A stretch of DNA of 64,000 nt, from assembly GCA_037975925.1 (NCBI GenBank), contig JBANFR010000002.1, positions 4,041-68,040 on the forward strand. Direction: 5' to 3'. The notes under the pieces are model-generated. The model had not been told where the DNA came from. It searched no databases and saw only the letters and a list, made by a program, of their open reading frames with translations. Numbering within the stretch: position 1 is the stretch's first letter; every line of letters starts with the position of its first letter. Source of the DNA: Verrucomicrobiota bacterium. Lineage in GTDB: Bacteria > Verrucomicrobiota > Verrucomicrobiia > Chthoniobacterales > Chthoniobacteraceae. Of the stretch, positions 17,912 to 27,346 are shown one piece after another. A program made the position numbers and the translations under genes.

Positions 17912-18934
17912 TCAGAGCTTGGCACGTCCTGTCGCCAGGCCGCCGGAGATTCGTTGCGTTTTGGTGGTTCCAGAGGGGAACCGGATTTGCAGTTGGACGG
18001 CGTCTGCAAAGTGACCCCGGAAACTGGTTTTTTCGGTGTCTGTCTGGGCTGTAGGCGGCTTTGTTTCTACGGGAGCCGCGAGAATCTCGATGAGTGCGAG
18101 GCGGGTGTGGCTAGGGGCAATGACCTTCGCGCAGACGGTCTCCCACTGGGGAGAGGCGCCTTTGGGCGTGGAGGTGGTGAGGAGCCTCGAACCGGCTGCG
18201 ATCGTGTTTCTGGCGACGCTGGGCCACTGCTCGGCAGCCGGGTTAATCGCGCCGAAAAGGAAGACGCGACAGGAGAACGTGCAGGGTTCGGCTGTAGAAT
18301 TGAGGAAGGATGCGGAGAGTTCGAGGGCCGCGTCCCCGCTCTGGAGTTCGTGAGCGAAGGCGCTCAAATCGACCCATTGGAAGACGTCGCAGGCTTTGGC
18401 CGGTTGGGTTTCGTTTTCAGCTTCGGCTCTGACAAAGCGCAGCGCCTTCTCGCCTGAGGCTGGCATGGGGTTGCTCCGGAGCGACTCTGCCCTGGCGGTG
18501 TCGCCGCTCCAAAATCCCGCGGCAGCGGGAAAGCCTCGGGAGATGGGGCCGGAGTTTCTTTCAAAATCCCCGTCAGAAATGGGGAGTTGCCTGAGGATTT
18601 GGGCTCGAGGGGCGCTGATGCCCCAGACGAGAGAGGCGCAGCCGATTCCCAGAACGATTCCCGCGGCGAGGGAGCCGAAGGAGGAGGGGTGCCACCAAGG
18701 GCGTTTTGGGGAGATTAGAAAGGAGTGCGTGGAGGGTTGAGGGAGGGGCGGCAAGGCGGCCTCGAGGGAGCTTTCTTCGGAAGCGAGGGCGGCATGGATG
18801 CCGGCGAACTTCCGGTAAAGTTTGCGGGCCTCGGGGTCGTTTTCCAATTGAGCCGACAATTGCTCCAGTTCGGCGGGGGAGGCCACACCGTCGAGGTACC
18901 GATTGACAAGCGTTTCCAGGAGAGAGGTATTCAT
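17912..18934 (-). CDS. putative anti-sigma factor (single-pass membrane protein)
   Basis: Start set at the ATG at 18934 (MNTSLLETLVNRYLDGVASPAELEQL...), which overlaps the sigma-factor stop (ATGA). It has an N-terminal zinc-less anti-sigma-like helix region, one TM helix (SLAAGIVLGIGCASLVWGI) and an uncharacterised extracytoplasmic domain. Confidence 0.5.
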   Translation of the reverse strand: MNTSLLETLVNRYLDGVASPAELEQLSAQLENDPEARKLYRKFAGIHAALASEESSLEAALPPLPQPSTHSFLISPKRPWWHPSSFGSLAAGIVLGIGCASLVWGISAPRAQILRQLPISDGDFERNSGPISRGFPAAAGFWSGDTARAESLRSNPMPASGEKALRFVRAEAENETQPAKACDVFQWVDLSAFAHELQSGDAALELSASFLNSTAEPCTFSCRVFLFGAINPAAEQWPSVARNTIAAGSRLLTTSTPKGASPQWETVCAKVIAPSHTRLALIEILAAPVETKPPTAQTDTEKTSFRGHFADAVQLQIRFPSGTTKTQRISGGLATGRAKL

Positions 18935-19497
18935 GCGGAGGCCTCGGGAAGTTTTCTTTCGATGCACTGGAGGAGTGCTTTGCGGGATCTTTGAAGGATT
19001 TTGTAGATGGCTTCGGAGGAGCAGTGGGAGCGGTCTGCGAGAGCTTCGACTCCCTGGTTTTCAAAGTAGTACCCTGCGACCACGCCCTTTTGGGTGTTTG
19101 GAAGGCGTTCGAGGCAGCCGGCGAGAAGGCGGAGTCTTTCGTTCTCTTCGGTTGGGGCCGTCTCTTGGTGGATTTCGGCGTCTGCAATGAGGGCCTCGAG
19201 GGCTTTTTCTGAAAGCAGGGCGCGGCGTTGATTTTGACGTAAGAAACGGCGGGCCTCGACCCGGGCGTAGCCGTACGCCCATGCTCCGAAGGGTTTTTGT
19301 GGGTCGTAATCTGAGAAATTCCTCCAGAGCGCGATGGCGGTCTGTTGGAGGAGATCATGGGCATCAGCCCGGTGGGGGATGAGGGTCAGGAGAAAGCGCA
19401 GGACGCTGGATTGGTGTTCCAGGAAAAGCTGCATGAAGCGTTCGTGGGGGTCTTGGGGTGGCATGGGGCGAGGGCGCTTCCATGATTTCTCCGCCAT
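18931..19497 (-). CDS. ECF-type RNA polymerase sigma-70 family factor
   Basis: Region 2 is DAHDLLQQTAIALWRNFSDYDP...FGAWAYGYARVEA. Region 4 is LPNTQKGVVAGYYFENQGVEALADRSHCSSEAIYKILQRSRKAL. The start is taken at the internal ATG at 19497, which gives an ECF-sized protein of 188 aa. The start is uncertain. Confidence 0.8.
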   Translation of the reverse strand: MAEKSWKRPRPMPPQDPHERFMQLFLEHQSSVLRFLLTLIPHRADAHDLLQQTAIALWRNFSDYDPQKPFGAWAYGYARVEARRFLRQNQRRALLSEKALEALIADAEIHQETAPTEENERLRLLAGCLERLPNTQKGVVAGYYFENQGVEALADRSHCSSEAIYKILQRSRKALLQCIERKLPEASA

Positions 19498-19701
19498 GAG
19501 TGGCGCAGATTGGACAAAAAAATTTTCCTTTGCATGCCCCGCGGGGTGTGTGCCGGCGAGTGTCCCGAGCCTTGCCCGCGGCTCGGGGATTCGGACATAG
19601 TGAAAACGCGGGAGGCGAAGGGGGCTTGGCTGTGCCATTTTGCGCAACCTTTCCCGCGAAAACTCCCCTCGATTCACCTCCTGCCATTTTCTCGTTCCCT
19701 A

Positions 19702-20940
19702 ATGAAGCCGCACCGCATTACCCCCAGTTCCAGACTCCAAGGCGTGAGGTACGAAATTCGGGGGCCCTTGGCGCGCCGCGCCGGGGAACTGGAGAAGGCG
19801 GGCTATGAAATTGTGAAGCTCAACATCGGGAATCCCGGTGCCTTCGGGTTTCGCGCTCCCGAAACGATGCGCCTGGCGATGATCGAAAATCTCCGGGAGG
19901 CAGACGCGTATTGTCACCAAAAAGGGATTTTCCCAGCGCGGGAGGCGGTGGTGATGCAGCAGCAGACCCGGGGCGTGCTGGACGTGACGGCGGATGACGT
20001 GTTTATGGGAAACGGCGTTTCCGAGCTGATCCTGTTTTGTTTATCGGCCCTGCTGGAGCATGGCGACGAGGTGCTGATTCCGAGCCCGGACTATCCGCTG
20101 TGGACGGCGGCGACGGTGTTGCATGCGGGGAAAGCGGTGCACTATCCGTGTCATCCGGAAAACGGGTTTGTGCCTGACCCGGGCGAAATCGAGCGGCTTG
20201 TCACCCCGAAAACGCGGGCGATTGTGGTGATCAACCCGAACAATCCCACGGGTGCCGTCTATCCGCGTTCGGTCTTGGAGGAGATCGTCCGCATTGCGGA
20301 GAAACACCACCTGGTGCTGTTCTCCGACGAGATCTACGACCAGATCGTGTACGACGAAGCGGTGCACGTGCCGATTGCGCCTCTGGTCTCCAAGACGCTG
20401 TGCGCGACGTTTGGGGGACTTTCCAAAGTGTATCGTGCCTGTGGATTTCGGGTGGGATGGGTGAGTTTTTCGGGCGAAAAGGGAGGGGCGCGCGATTACC
20501 TCCAGTCTTTGGAGTTGCTGGCGAGTTTGAGGCTGTGTTCGAACGTGCCCGGGCAGTGGGCGGTGCAAACGGCTTTGGGCGGCCGCCAGTCGATTGGGGA
20601 TTTTATCCGTCCGGGCGGCCGGCTTTGGCAGACGCGTCAGGCGATTTTGGATGCGGTGTCTGCCTCCGAGTATCTTTCGGTGCAGTCGCCGATGGGGGCG
20701 ATGTATGCCTTTGTGAGGGTCAGAACTGAAAAGATCCCCCAATTCGACGATCAGAAATTTGCGCTCGAACTTTTGGAGCAGAAGCACGTGCTGCTTGCCC
20801 CCGGGAGCAGCTTTAACGTGCCCTACCGGGATCATTTCCGTGTGACGCTGCTGCCGGATTGGGACACCATGCGTGACGTTTTTGGCCGGATCGAGGATTT
20901 GCTGCGGGAGTGGAGCACTCGGGGGCCGATCAAGGTCTGA
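19702..20940 (+). CDS. pyridoxal-phosphate-dependent aminotransferase (AlaA/class I-II type)
   Basis: Start at ATG 19702 (MKPHRITPSSRLQGVRYEIRGPL). LNIGNPGAFGF, NPNNPTGAVY and the SKVYRACGFRVGW Lys region are as in alanine/glutamate-pyruvate aminotransferases. Confidence 0.85.
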   Translation: MKPHRITPSSRLQGVRYEIRGPLARRAGELEKAGYEIVKLNIGNPGAFGFRAPETMRLAMIENLREADAYCHQKGIFPAREAVVMQQQTRGVLDVTADDVFMGNGVSELILFCLSALLEHGDEVLIPSPDYPLWTAATVLHAGKAVHYPCHPENGFVPDPGEIERLVTPKTRAIVVINPNNPTGAVYPRSVLEEIVRIAEKHHLVLFSDEIYDQIVYDEAVHVPIAPLVSKTLCATFGGLSKVYRACGFRVGWVSFSGEKGGARDYLQSLELLASLRLCSNVPGQWAVQTALGGRQSIGDFIRPGGRLWQTRQAILDAVSASEYLSVQSPMGAMYAFVRVRTEKIPQFDDQKFALELLEQKHVLLAPGSSFNVPYRDHFRVTLLPDWDTMRDVFGRIEDLLREWSTRGPIKV

Positions 20941-21067
20941 AGCTGGGGCAATTCCGGGGCGGCGAAGCAGGGCGAGGGAAACGGTTGAGTGAAATTTTTC
21001 GCGGAAACCGGGCCGTTGGGCAAAAGGGGTTGGATGCGGGCGCAGTCTCTGGTTCCATCCGCGCGCT

Positions 21068-22366
21068 ATGAAAATTGTGCTCGCGTATTCCGGGGGGCTC
21101 GACACCTCCGTGCTGTTGGCTTGGCTAAAGGAGACTTATCAGGCGGAGATCATCGCATTTTGCGCCGACGTGGGGCAGCAGGAGGAACTGGACGGCCTAG
21201 AGGCCAAGGCCAAGCAGACGGGGGCGAGCAAAATTTACATCGACAACCTCTGCGAGGAGTTTGCCTCGGATTTCATCTTCCCGATGATCCAGGCGGGTGC
21301 GATTTACGAGGGGCAGTACTTTTTGGGAACCTCGATTGCCAGGCCGCTGATTGCCAAACGCATGGTGGAAATTGCCCGGGCCGAGGGGGCGGACGCCGTT
21401 GCTCATGGCGCGACGGGCAAGGGGAACGATCAGGTCCGATTTGAGCTCACCGCCGCCGCTCTTGCGCCGGAGTTGGAGGTGATCGCGCCCTGGAGACAAG
21501 AGCGCTTCCGTGAGCAGTTTCCTGGGCGCGCTGAGATGATTGCCTACTGCGAAGCTCGGGGGATTCCGGTTCAGGCGACTGCCAAGAAGCCCTACTCCAT
21601 GGATCGAAACCTCCTTCATATCTCCTTTGAGGCTGGGATCTTGGAGGACCCTTGGTATGACTCTTCCTCGCGGGAGGCTGCGGGAATGTATGTATTGTCG
21701 GTCTCGCCTGAGGACGCGCCGAATGTGGCCGAGCACGTGGAGCTGACCTTTGAGGCGGGCAATTGTGTGGCGCTGGGCTGTGCCGGCTTGGAGTCCTTGC
21801 TTGCAGAGTTGGGGTATACGGGAAGTGGGCAAAAGACCGCCGATGGCCATGTGCAGCTCTCTCCTTACTGGGTGATGCGAGTGCTCAACCGCCTTGGGGG
21901 AATGAACGGGATTGGGCGGGTCGACATGGTCGAGAACCGTTTTGTGGGAATGAAGTCTCGCGGGGTTTACGAGACTCCAGGCGGCGCGATTTTGCATTTT
22001 GCCCACCGACAGATTGAGTCGCTGACGATGGACCGGGAGGTGATGCATCTCCGGGACGGGTTGATTCCGAAGTATGCGGAGTTGGTGTACAATGGTTTCT
22101 GGTTCAGTCCGGAGCGCGAAATTCTGCAGTCGCTAGTGCGCGAGAGTCAGAAAAACGTGACGGGGGTCGTCCGTGTGAAGTTGTACAAGGGGAATGTGAT
22201 TGCGGCTGGGCGCAAGTCGCCGGTGAGCCTGTACAACCCGCACATCGCGACGATGGAGGCCGATCCAACCAGGGCTTACAACCAAGATGATGCGAGCGGT
22301 TTTATTGCGCTCAACGCGCTCCGCTTAAAGGTGGGAGCCCGAGTCCACGGACAGGGCGGGGTTTAG
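21068..22366 (+). CDS. argG: argininosuccinate synthase
   Basis: [15 protein letters not shown] and [16 protein letters not shown] are present, and the full-length match is characteristic. Confidence 0.95.
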   Translation: MKIVLAYSGGLDTSVLLAWLKETYQAEIIAFCADVGQQEELDGLEAKAKQTGASKIYIDNLCEEFASDFIFPMIQAGAIYEGQYFLGTSIARPLIAKRMVEIARAEGADAVAHGATGKGNDQVRFELTAAALAPELEVIAPWRQERFREQFPGRAEMIAYCEARGIPVQATAKKPYSMDRNLLHISFEAGILEDPWYDSSSREAAGMYVLSVSPEDAPNVAEHVELTFEAGNCVALGCAGLESLLAELGYTGSGQKTADGHVQLSPYWVMRVLNRLGGMNGIGRVDMVENRFVGMKSRGVYETPGGAILHFAHRQIESLTMDREVMHLRDGLIPKYAELVYNGFWFSPEREILQSLVRESQKNVTGVVRVKLYKGNVIAAGRKSPVSLYNPHIATMEADPTRAYNQDDASGFIALNALRLKVGARVHGQGGV

Positions 22367-22428
22367 CGCGAGCAGGGGGATCTGACTCCCAGGCGGTTGC
22401 GGAGTCGGATTTTCCGTGGACGCCCCTT

Positions 22429-22464
22429 GGGCCCGCTCTTTCCAGAGGCGGGCCCAGTTCTTTT
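22429..22464 (+). terminator. candidate intrinsic terminator after argG
   Basis: gggcccgc / gcgggccc stem extended by the inner pairs tct/aga, followed by agttctttt. Confidence 0.5.
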
Positions 22465-22479
22465 CGGGGGGGGATGTCT

Positions 22480-22845
22480 TCAGGCCTTCGGCGGACGCGG
22501 AGCAAAGGCGAGAGCGACCCAACCGAGCAGGATGGCAACGCCTCCGAAGGGTGTGATCGCTCCGAGCCAGCGGATTTGCGTGAGGGCGAGGGTGTAGAGT
22601 GAGCCGCTGAACAAAAGCACTCCGCTGAGTTGGAAGAGATAGGCCCGGCGGGGAAACGGGTTTTGGCTCGAGATCCAGAGCAGAGCTATGGCGTGCAGAA
22701 GGTGGTACTGGGAGGCGGTCTGCCAAGTTTGCACGGATTGATGAGCTTCCAAATAGGATCGGAGGCCATGGGAGCCAAAAGCGCCCAAAGCGACACCGAG
22801 TGCCCCCAGGAGGGCGGCGATGGCGGTTGGAGTCGAGCGCGGCAT
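22480..22845 (-). CDS. DUF423 (YgdD-like) small membrane protein
   Basis: 121 aa with four hydrophobic helices. The N-terminal ALGVALGAFGSHGL motif is typical of DUF423. Confidence 0.75.
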   Translation of the reverse strand: MPRSTPTAIAALLGALGVALGAFGSHGLRSYLEAHQSVQTWQTASQYHLLHAIALLWISSQNPFPRRAYLFQLSGVLLFSGSLYTLALTQIRWLGAITPFGGVAILLGWVALAFAPRPPKA

Positions 22846-22885
22846 GCTGTTGTGGAGTAAAAGGGTGGGCGCTGAGGCGGAAGGC

Positions 22886-23275
22886 TCAGCTTCGAGGGCC
22901 CGTGTCCGAGGGGTCCAGCTCCGGAGCGATGCGGGAGCTGACCCACTGCATCAAGCTTGGGCGGGCGAGGTCTAGGGCGAGCTTGAGCACGGCGAGCACC
23001 ATTCCGCTGCCCGCCCATCCTGTGCCTTGTGCGCCGCCTGCGTGGGGGGCAGCAGACTTAGACGGGCGCTTTGTGATCCTGAAAACTTGAGAGATCAGGA
23101 AGCCTCCGAAGGCCGACCCGACCAGCCACGACCCAAAATTCTTGCCAATATGGGAGCGGGTCCGCTCCACCACGTTGGCGGCCTCGCGGAATCGGCGGGC
23201 CGCTGATCGGATCTCGCTCCGAGAGACTTCAATCTCGGCAATTAACGCGGCCTTCCGGGAGTCGATTTCAGCCAT
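22886..23275 (-). CDS. hypothetical membrane protein (YqjK-like position in a yqjD/E/K-type cluster)
   Basis: 129 aa with an N-terminal coiled segment and a central TM helix (WLVGSAFGGFLISQVF). It overlaps the upstream gene by 34 nt. The assignment rests on position and size only. Confidence 0.35.
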   Translation of the reverse strand: MAEIDSRKAALIAEIEVSRSEIRSAARRFREAANVVERTRSHIGKNFGSWLVGSAFGGFLISQVFRITKRPSKSAAPHAGGAQGTGWAGSGMVLAVLKLALDLARPSLMQWVSSRIAPELDPSDTGPRS

Positions 23276-23652
23276 GCTTCATCCTTTCGAAATTCTTCCA
23301 AAGTGGCTGGGAACATGGGTTGGCGCAACCAGCCCCGAGCAGCCCACAGAATTCCCCATGCGCCGAGAAGGTGCAGGATTCCGACACAAGCGGCGATCCA
23401 GATCCACGCGTGCTCGGTCGCGAGGAGTCGCGCCAGTCCGAAAACGAAGGCCAGACACAACAACAGGTATCCCGCCATCGTCAGGGTGATGGCGACCATC
23501 AGAAGCAAGAGGACCGCCCCGAGGCGGGTGACGGCCTCTTTACCCTCCAACCCAGCAAGCTCAGCGCGCGCCCTGAGGTAGCTGAGGGCCGCTTGGAGAA
23601 ACTCTCTCAAAGACGCGGTCAGACCTCCTTGCTGCGAGTATTCGGGATTCAT
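23242..23652 (-). CDS. YqjE/DUF1469-like (holin-X-like) membrane protein
   Basis: 136 aa. An N-terminal amphipathic region (LREFLQAALSYLRARAELAGLEGKE) is followed by two TM helices, the usual layout of this family. Confidence 0.55.
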   Translation of the reverse strand: MNPEYSQQGGLTASLREFLQAALSYLRARAELAGLEGKEAVTRLGAVLLLLMVAITLTMAGYLLLCLAFVFGLARLLATEHAWIWIAACVGILHLLGAWGILWAARGWLRQPMFPATLEEFRKDEAWLKSTPGRPR

Positions 23653-23766
23653 GCGTTGGGTTTGCGTGCTCGAACCCCGGGGCGCGGGCAGGGGCCCGTG
23701 GGGTGTTATCTTGAGGGGGCGCTCCCCCCAGGGGGCGGGGCCGACACCCGTCCCGATGGAGTCGCT

Positions 23767-24132
23767 TTAGCGGCGCGCGAGGACGCCGACGAGGAATCCT
23801 GCGCCAGCCGCCATCAGGACGGCTTTGACGGGGTTTGCCCGGACGTAGGCCTCCGCCTCTTTCTGAAGAGTTTTCACCCGTGTGATCGCCTCCTCGTAGG
23901 CCTCCTCCGCCTTCTCCTTGAGTTCAGCGGTCTTGTGATCCACGGCGGAACTCCATTCACGCGCCTTCGCTTCAGCAGCCGCTTTGAGTTCCTCTGCGGC
24001 TTGGACGGCGTGTGCCCCCGAGGCTCGCAGGTTGGAACGTGCGGAGTGGTCGCCTTGCGGCGCTTTTTCGGTGTCTTCCTCGAGGTGAGGATCGAAAGCT
24101 TCCGGTTTTAGATTCAAGACTTCTGTGCTCAT
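23767..24132 (-). CDS. DUF883 (ElaB/YqjD/YgaM-like) tail-anchored protein
   Basis: 121 aa with a charged helical region (AAEELKAAAEAKAREW...KEKAEEAYEEAITRVKTLQKEAEAYVRANP) and a C-terminal anchor ending in AVLMAAGAGFLVGVLARR, as in the ElaB family. Confidence 0.6.
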   Translation of the reverse strand: MSTEVLNLKPEAFDPHLEEDTEKAPQGDHSARSNLRASGAHAVQAAEELKAAAEAKAREWSSAVDHKTAELKEKAEEAYEEAITRVKTLQKEAEAYVRANPVKAVLMAAGAGFLVGVLARR

Positions 24133-24308
24133 CGAATTAGCGGTTTGGATCGTTTGCTATGAGCCGGCACGCACCGGACTTCATTTCTTGGATGTTTTTT
24201 CGGCGAAATCTCAATGAGGTCCTTCTCTCTACCCGATCGGTAGGATCGCAGTGCGCTAACTCTGCCGCTCGGTGCAGTGAGCCAGGGGCTGAAGGTTGGA
24301 GAAGCTTA

Positions 24309-24527
24309 CTACTTTGCCCGGAATGTGATCCGCGCCTTGGTGAGATCGTAAGGCGAAAGTTCCACTTCCACGTTGTCGCCCGGAACGATGCGAATGAAGT
24401 GCTTGCGCATTTTCCCGGAGATGTGGGCGAGCACGAGTGTTCCGTTGGGAAGCTGGACCCGGAACATCGTGCCCGGCAGCACTTCCTTAACAACACCCTG
24501 CGTCTTAATTGCGTCCTCTTTACCCAT
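24309..24527 (-). CDS. infA: translation initiation factor IF-1
   Basis: The 72-aa product [72 protein letters not shown] is embedded at the end of a longer spurious track ORF. It is a near-canonical IF-1. Confidence 0.95.
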   Translation of the reverse strand: MGKEDAIKTQGVVKEVLPGTMFRVQLPNGTLVLAHISGKMRKHFIRIVPGDNVEVELSPYDLTKARITFRAK

Positions 24528-24707
24528 AGACGGAGAAATATGGGCGCCCCTCCCCTCGAAAGCAATCTCATGCGATCGTGGACCGCGGCGAAGAGCGGCT
24601 TGCGCTGCCCGAACGGGCGCACACGAGAGGCCTTGCCGAGGTGAGGGTTCATGGTCATGGAGGGAACACGGATTGTTTCGAGACCGACAAGTCTCTAGGA
24701 TGAATGA

Positions 24708-25310
24708 ATGGCGATGGCACAAACGCTCGAGTGGGTTGCGGAGGATGTTTGGTTCTGGGAGGCCTACGAGGAGGCGGTTCGGACCAATCTTTCGAGCTGC
24801 GCGGTTCGTGCGGCTTCCGGATTGGTGGTTATCGACCCGATTGATTTGTCGACGGAGGGGTGGCGGGTGTTGAGCCGTCTTGGCCCCTTTGCGGCTGTGG
24901 TGTTGACGAATGGGAATCACGCGCGGAGTGCATCGCGTTTCCGCATGCAGCTGAGTGTGCCCATCTTTGCGCATCCCGACGCGCTGGGGGAATTGGAGGT
25001 CCCTGTGGACGGGGTGCTGAGTGGCGAGGATCGGGTGGGCGGAAGTCTGGAGGTGCTGGCCCTTCCCGGCGGAGGGTTGGGCGAGATCGCTCTGGTGGAT
25101 CCTCGGGGAAGGATTCACCTCGGCGACGCACTGGTTCATTTGGAGTCCACTGGCTTATCCGTCCTCCCGGAAAAGTACTGCTTGGATGCTCGGCAATTGG
25201 CTTCTTCATTGCGCGTTTTGTTGGAGATGCGTTTGGAATTGCTCACGTTTGCGCACGGTCGGCCCCTTAGCGGGTCCGTGAAGGACAGGCTGTCCGTGCT
25301 GCTCGGGTGA
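24708..25310 (+). CDS. MBL-fold (metallo-beta-lactamase-like) protein with degenerate metal-binding motifs
   Basis: The order of blocks VVIDPID..., [35 protein letters not shown] and FAHG mirrors the MBL fold. However, the HxHxDH and PGHTPG positions are largely substituted. Confidence 0.5.
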   Translation: MAMAQTLEWVAEDVWFWEAYEEAVRTNLSSCAVRAASGLVVIDPIDLSTEGWRVLSRLGPFAAVVLTNGNHARSASRFRMQLSVPIFAHPDALGELEVPVDGVLSGEDRVGGSLEVLALPGGGLGEIALVDPRGRIHLGDALVHLESTGLSVLPEKYCLDARQLASSLRVLLEMRLELLTFAHGRPLSGSVKDRLSVLLG

Positions 25311-25438
25311 GCTCGGGTGAAAGTGGGGAGGGACAATGCAGTGCGGGTGCACTTCAGCGTGTGGGTGGCATCGCGCGGATTTAGCCTTGGCAGCGTCAGG
25401 GGCAATCCGCTAACAGTCTGGATTCCACCACATCTTTT

Positions 25439-25594
25439 ATGTCCCAGCATCGCAGCCTCAAAGGGGCCAGTACTATTTCGGCCAAACGTAATGTTCTCAA
25501 GCGCTTCGAGCGCGTCGAGCTCCTCAAAAAGCGCGGCCAGTTCAAAGAGGGCGACAGGGTCATCGGTCTGAGAAAGACCATGCCGGAGGCCTAG
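25439..25594 (+). CDS. small basic protein (51 aa), resembling the conserved 'small basic protein' family of Chlamydiae/Verrucomicrobia/Planctomycetes
   Basis: Below the track cutoff: MSQHRSLKGASTISAKRNVLKRFERVELLKKRGQFKEGDRVIGLRKTMPEA*. A strong terminator follows. The family assignment is from memory of the KRNVLKRFERV..LKKRG-type motif. Confidence 0.5.
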   Translation: MSQHRSLKGASTISAKRNVLKRFERVELLKKRGQFKEGDRVIGLRKTMPEA

Positions 25595-25624
25595 TCGGTT
25601 CCCTTGTAGAAAGTAATTCTTCGA

Positions 25625-25661
25625 CCGGAGTGCTTTGCGTAGGCAAAGCACTCCGGTTTTT
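25625..25661 (+). terminator. rho-independent terminator after the small basic protein gene
   Basis: ccggagtgctttgc / gcaaagcactccgg is a 14-bp perfect stem with a 4-nt loop, followed by TTTTT. Confidence 0.8.
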
Positions 25662-25880
25662 GTTTTTGGATCGGGGGCCCTTCGGATGCAGGCGGTGGTG
25701 ATTTTTGAGGATCGCCCCGGAGCGAATCCGGCTCGTGCGTGTGCGGTTTGGGTGGCCATGGGAGTGCCAACGGACCTTGTGTAAAAAGGGTGCTGTTTGA
25801 AAAAATAGACAACCTTGGGGAGGGGTGGAAAACACTTGCCACCCGCGGTTTGGGGCCGCAGTATGCCGCCCCTCTTTTGT

Positions 25881-25957
25881 CGGGCCGTAGTTCAGCTTGG
25901 TAGAACGCTTGAATGGGGTTCAAGAGGTCGCGAGTTCGAATCTCGCCGGCCCGACCA
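25881..25957 (+). tRNA. tRNA-Pro (anticodon GGG), with CCA encoded
   Basis: Hand-folded cloverleaf. The acceptor stem is CGGGCCG/CGGCCCG (C1:G72, A73), the D stem is GTTC/GAAC and the anticodon stem is CTTGA/TCAAG. The loop is A-T-GGG-G-T (U33, G37). The T arm is GCGAG-TTCGAAT-CTCGC, followed by ACCA. Confidence 0.95.
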
Positions 25958-26128
25958 GCTTCCTTTCGTTTGGCTGCCCTCCTTCGTTCTCTTGTTTTCC
26001 CTGAAGCGTGGGCCCGGATTTTCAGAGCGGAGGACTCACGCAGACGAGGACGGGCTAAGGAGGCGTGTGGGCGTGGGTCTTTCATGAATGACAGGCGCGA
26101 GCAACGCGTCCTCTTCCCAGAATTGTTT

Positions 26129-27313
26129 ATGAAAATGCGTTCTTTGTTTTTGGTCGGTGCCGGCTTTTTTGCGGCGTGTTCCTTCGTGGATTTACATGCT
26201 GCAGCCCCCAAAAAGGTGCTGGTGGTGACGGTCACCACGGGTTTTCGGCATGGTCCTGCGATTGATGCGGCTGAGAAGGTGTTGCCTGAGCTTGCAGCGC
26301 AGAGTGGCGGCGAGGTGTCCTTTGAGTTTCTGAGCCAGCCGGGGCCGAGGCCCAGTGTGGGCAAGCCGCCGGAGCGCGGGGCCAACCTCACGGACGAGCA
26401 ATGGGCGACCCTTCAGCAGAACCACAAGGACTTGGCGGCGAAGGTGAAGGCTGAGGAGGCGGAGTGGTCCGGCAAAGTCAAAGAGTTGTTCGCGCAGAAG
26501 CTCAGCGCGGAGGCGCTCAAGGGGTACGACGGTGTGGTGTTTTGCAATACCACTGGGGAGCTGCCATTGCCTGATGGCGAGGCGTTTGCGAACTGGATTA
26601 AGTCCGGCAAGGCGTTTGTGGGGATGCATGCGGCAACGGACACGTTGAAGGCGATGCCGGCCTATTACGAAATGATCAACGGCTCCTTTGCCGGGCATCC
26701 GTGGGGGGCCGGTGGTTCGTATACGTTTGTGAACCACGAGCCTTCGCATCCTGCGGTAGCGATGTTTCCGGGTGAGTTTCAATGGAAGGACGAGATTTAC
26801 CAATACAACCATTTCAACCCTGAGACGGTCCGGGTGCTGATCAGTCTGGACACGGTGCGTTCGAGTCCGCGGGCTCCGTACCACGTACCCGTGGCATGGG
26901 TGCGTGATGTGGGGGCGGGGCGCCTTTTTTACACAAACTTTGGGCACAATGCATCAACCTGGACGGAAGAGGCTTATCAAAAGCATGTGATGACCGGGTT
27001 GCGCTGGGCTTTGAAGTTGGTGGATGGACCTTCCGCTCCGAACCCTGGGGTTTCGACGCAGACTGCAATCAAGGGAGTGGTGGCTGTGGCGGCTGCGGCG
27101 CTCAACAAGGACGCCGCAGCGCTGGAGACGAAGGCGCTAGCGAAGGCGAAGGCGGATGTCCAATGGGGCTTGCACGCCCGCTCGGAGGCGGACCTGTACC
27201 GCAAGTTTCCCAATCCCGACGTGAAAAAGGGAGCGAAGCCGGAGGAGGTGGAGGCGGTGGCGGCGAAAAAGCTCGAACTGTTGACCCGGTTGGTCGCGGA
27301 AATTGAGCAGTAG
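26129..27313 (+). CDS. ThuA-domain protein, secreted, with a C-terminal helical extension
   Basis: Signal peptide MKMRSLFLVGAGFFAACSF (an alternative ATG lies at 26084). KKVLVVTVTTGFRHG, GVVFCNTTGE and FVGMHAATDT are typical ThuA blocks. Confidence 0.7.
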   Translation: MKMRSLFLVGAGFFAACSFVDLHAAAPKKVLVVTVTTGFRHGPAIDAAEKVLPELAAQSGGEVSFEFLSQPGPRPSVGKPPERGANLTDEQWATLQQNHKDLAAKVKAEEAEWSGKVKELFAQKLSAEALKGYDGVVFCNTTGELPLPDGEAFANWIKSGKAFVGMHAATDTLKAMPAYYEMINGSFAGHPWGAGGSYTFVNHEPSHPAVAMFPGEFQWKDEIYQYNHFNPETVRVLISLDTVRSSPRAPYHVPVAWVRDVGAGRLFYTNFGHNASTWTEEAYQKHVMTGLRWALKLVDGPSAPNPGVSTQTAIKGVVAVAAAALNKDAAALETKALAKAKADVQWGLHARSEADLYRKFPNPDVKKGAKPEEVEAVAAKKLELLTRLVAEIEQ

Positions 27314-27346
27314 GGAAGCCCTTTTCAGTGCTTTTGCGTGAAACCA

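Noticed and set aside
25591-26391. A 266-aa minus-strand ORF, together with the plus-strand 25913 start of the ThuA ORF. Both overlap the tRNA-Pro.
   Set aside because: They overlap a perfectly folding tRNA gene. The ThuA protein has a clean signal peptide starting at 26129.
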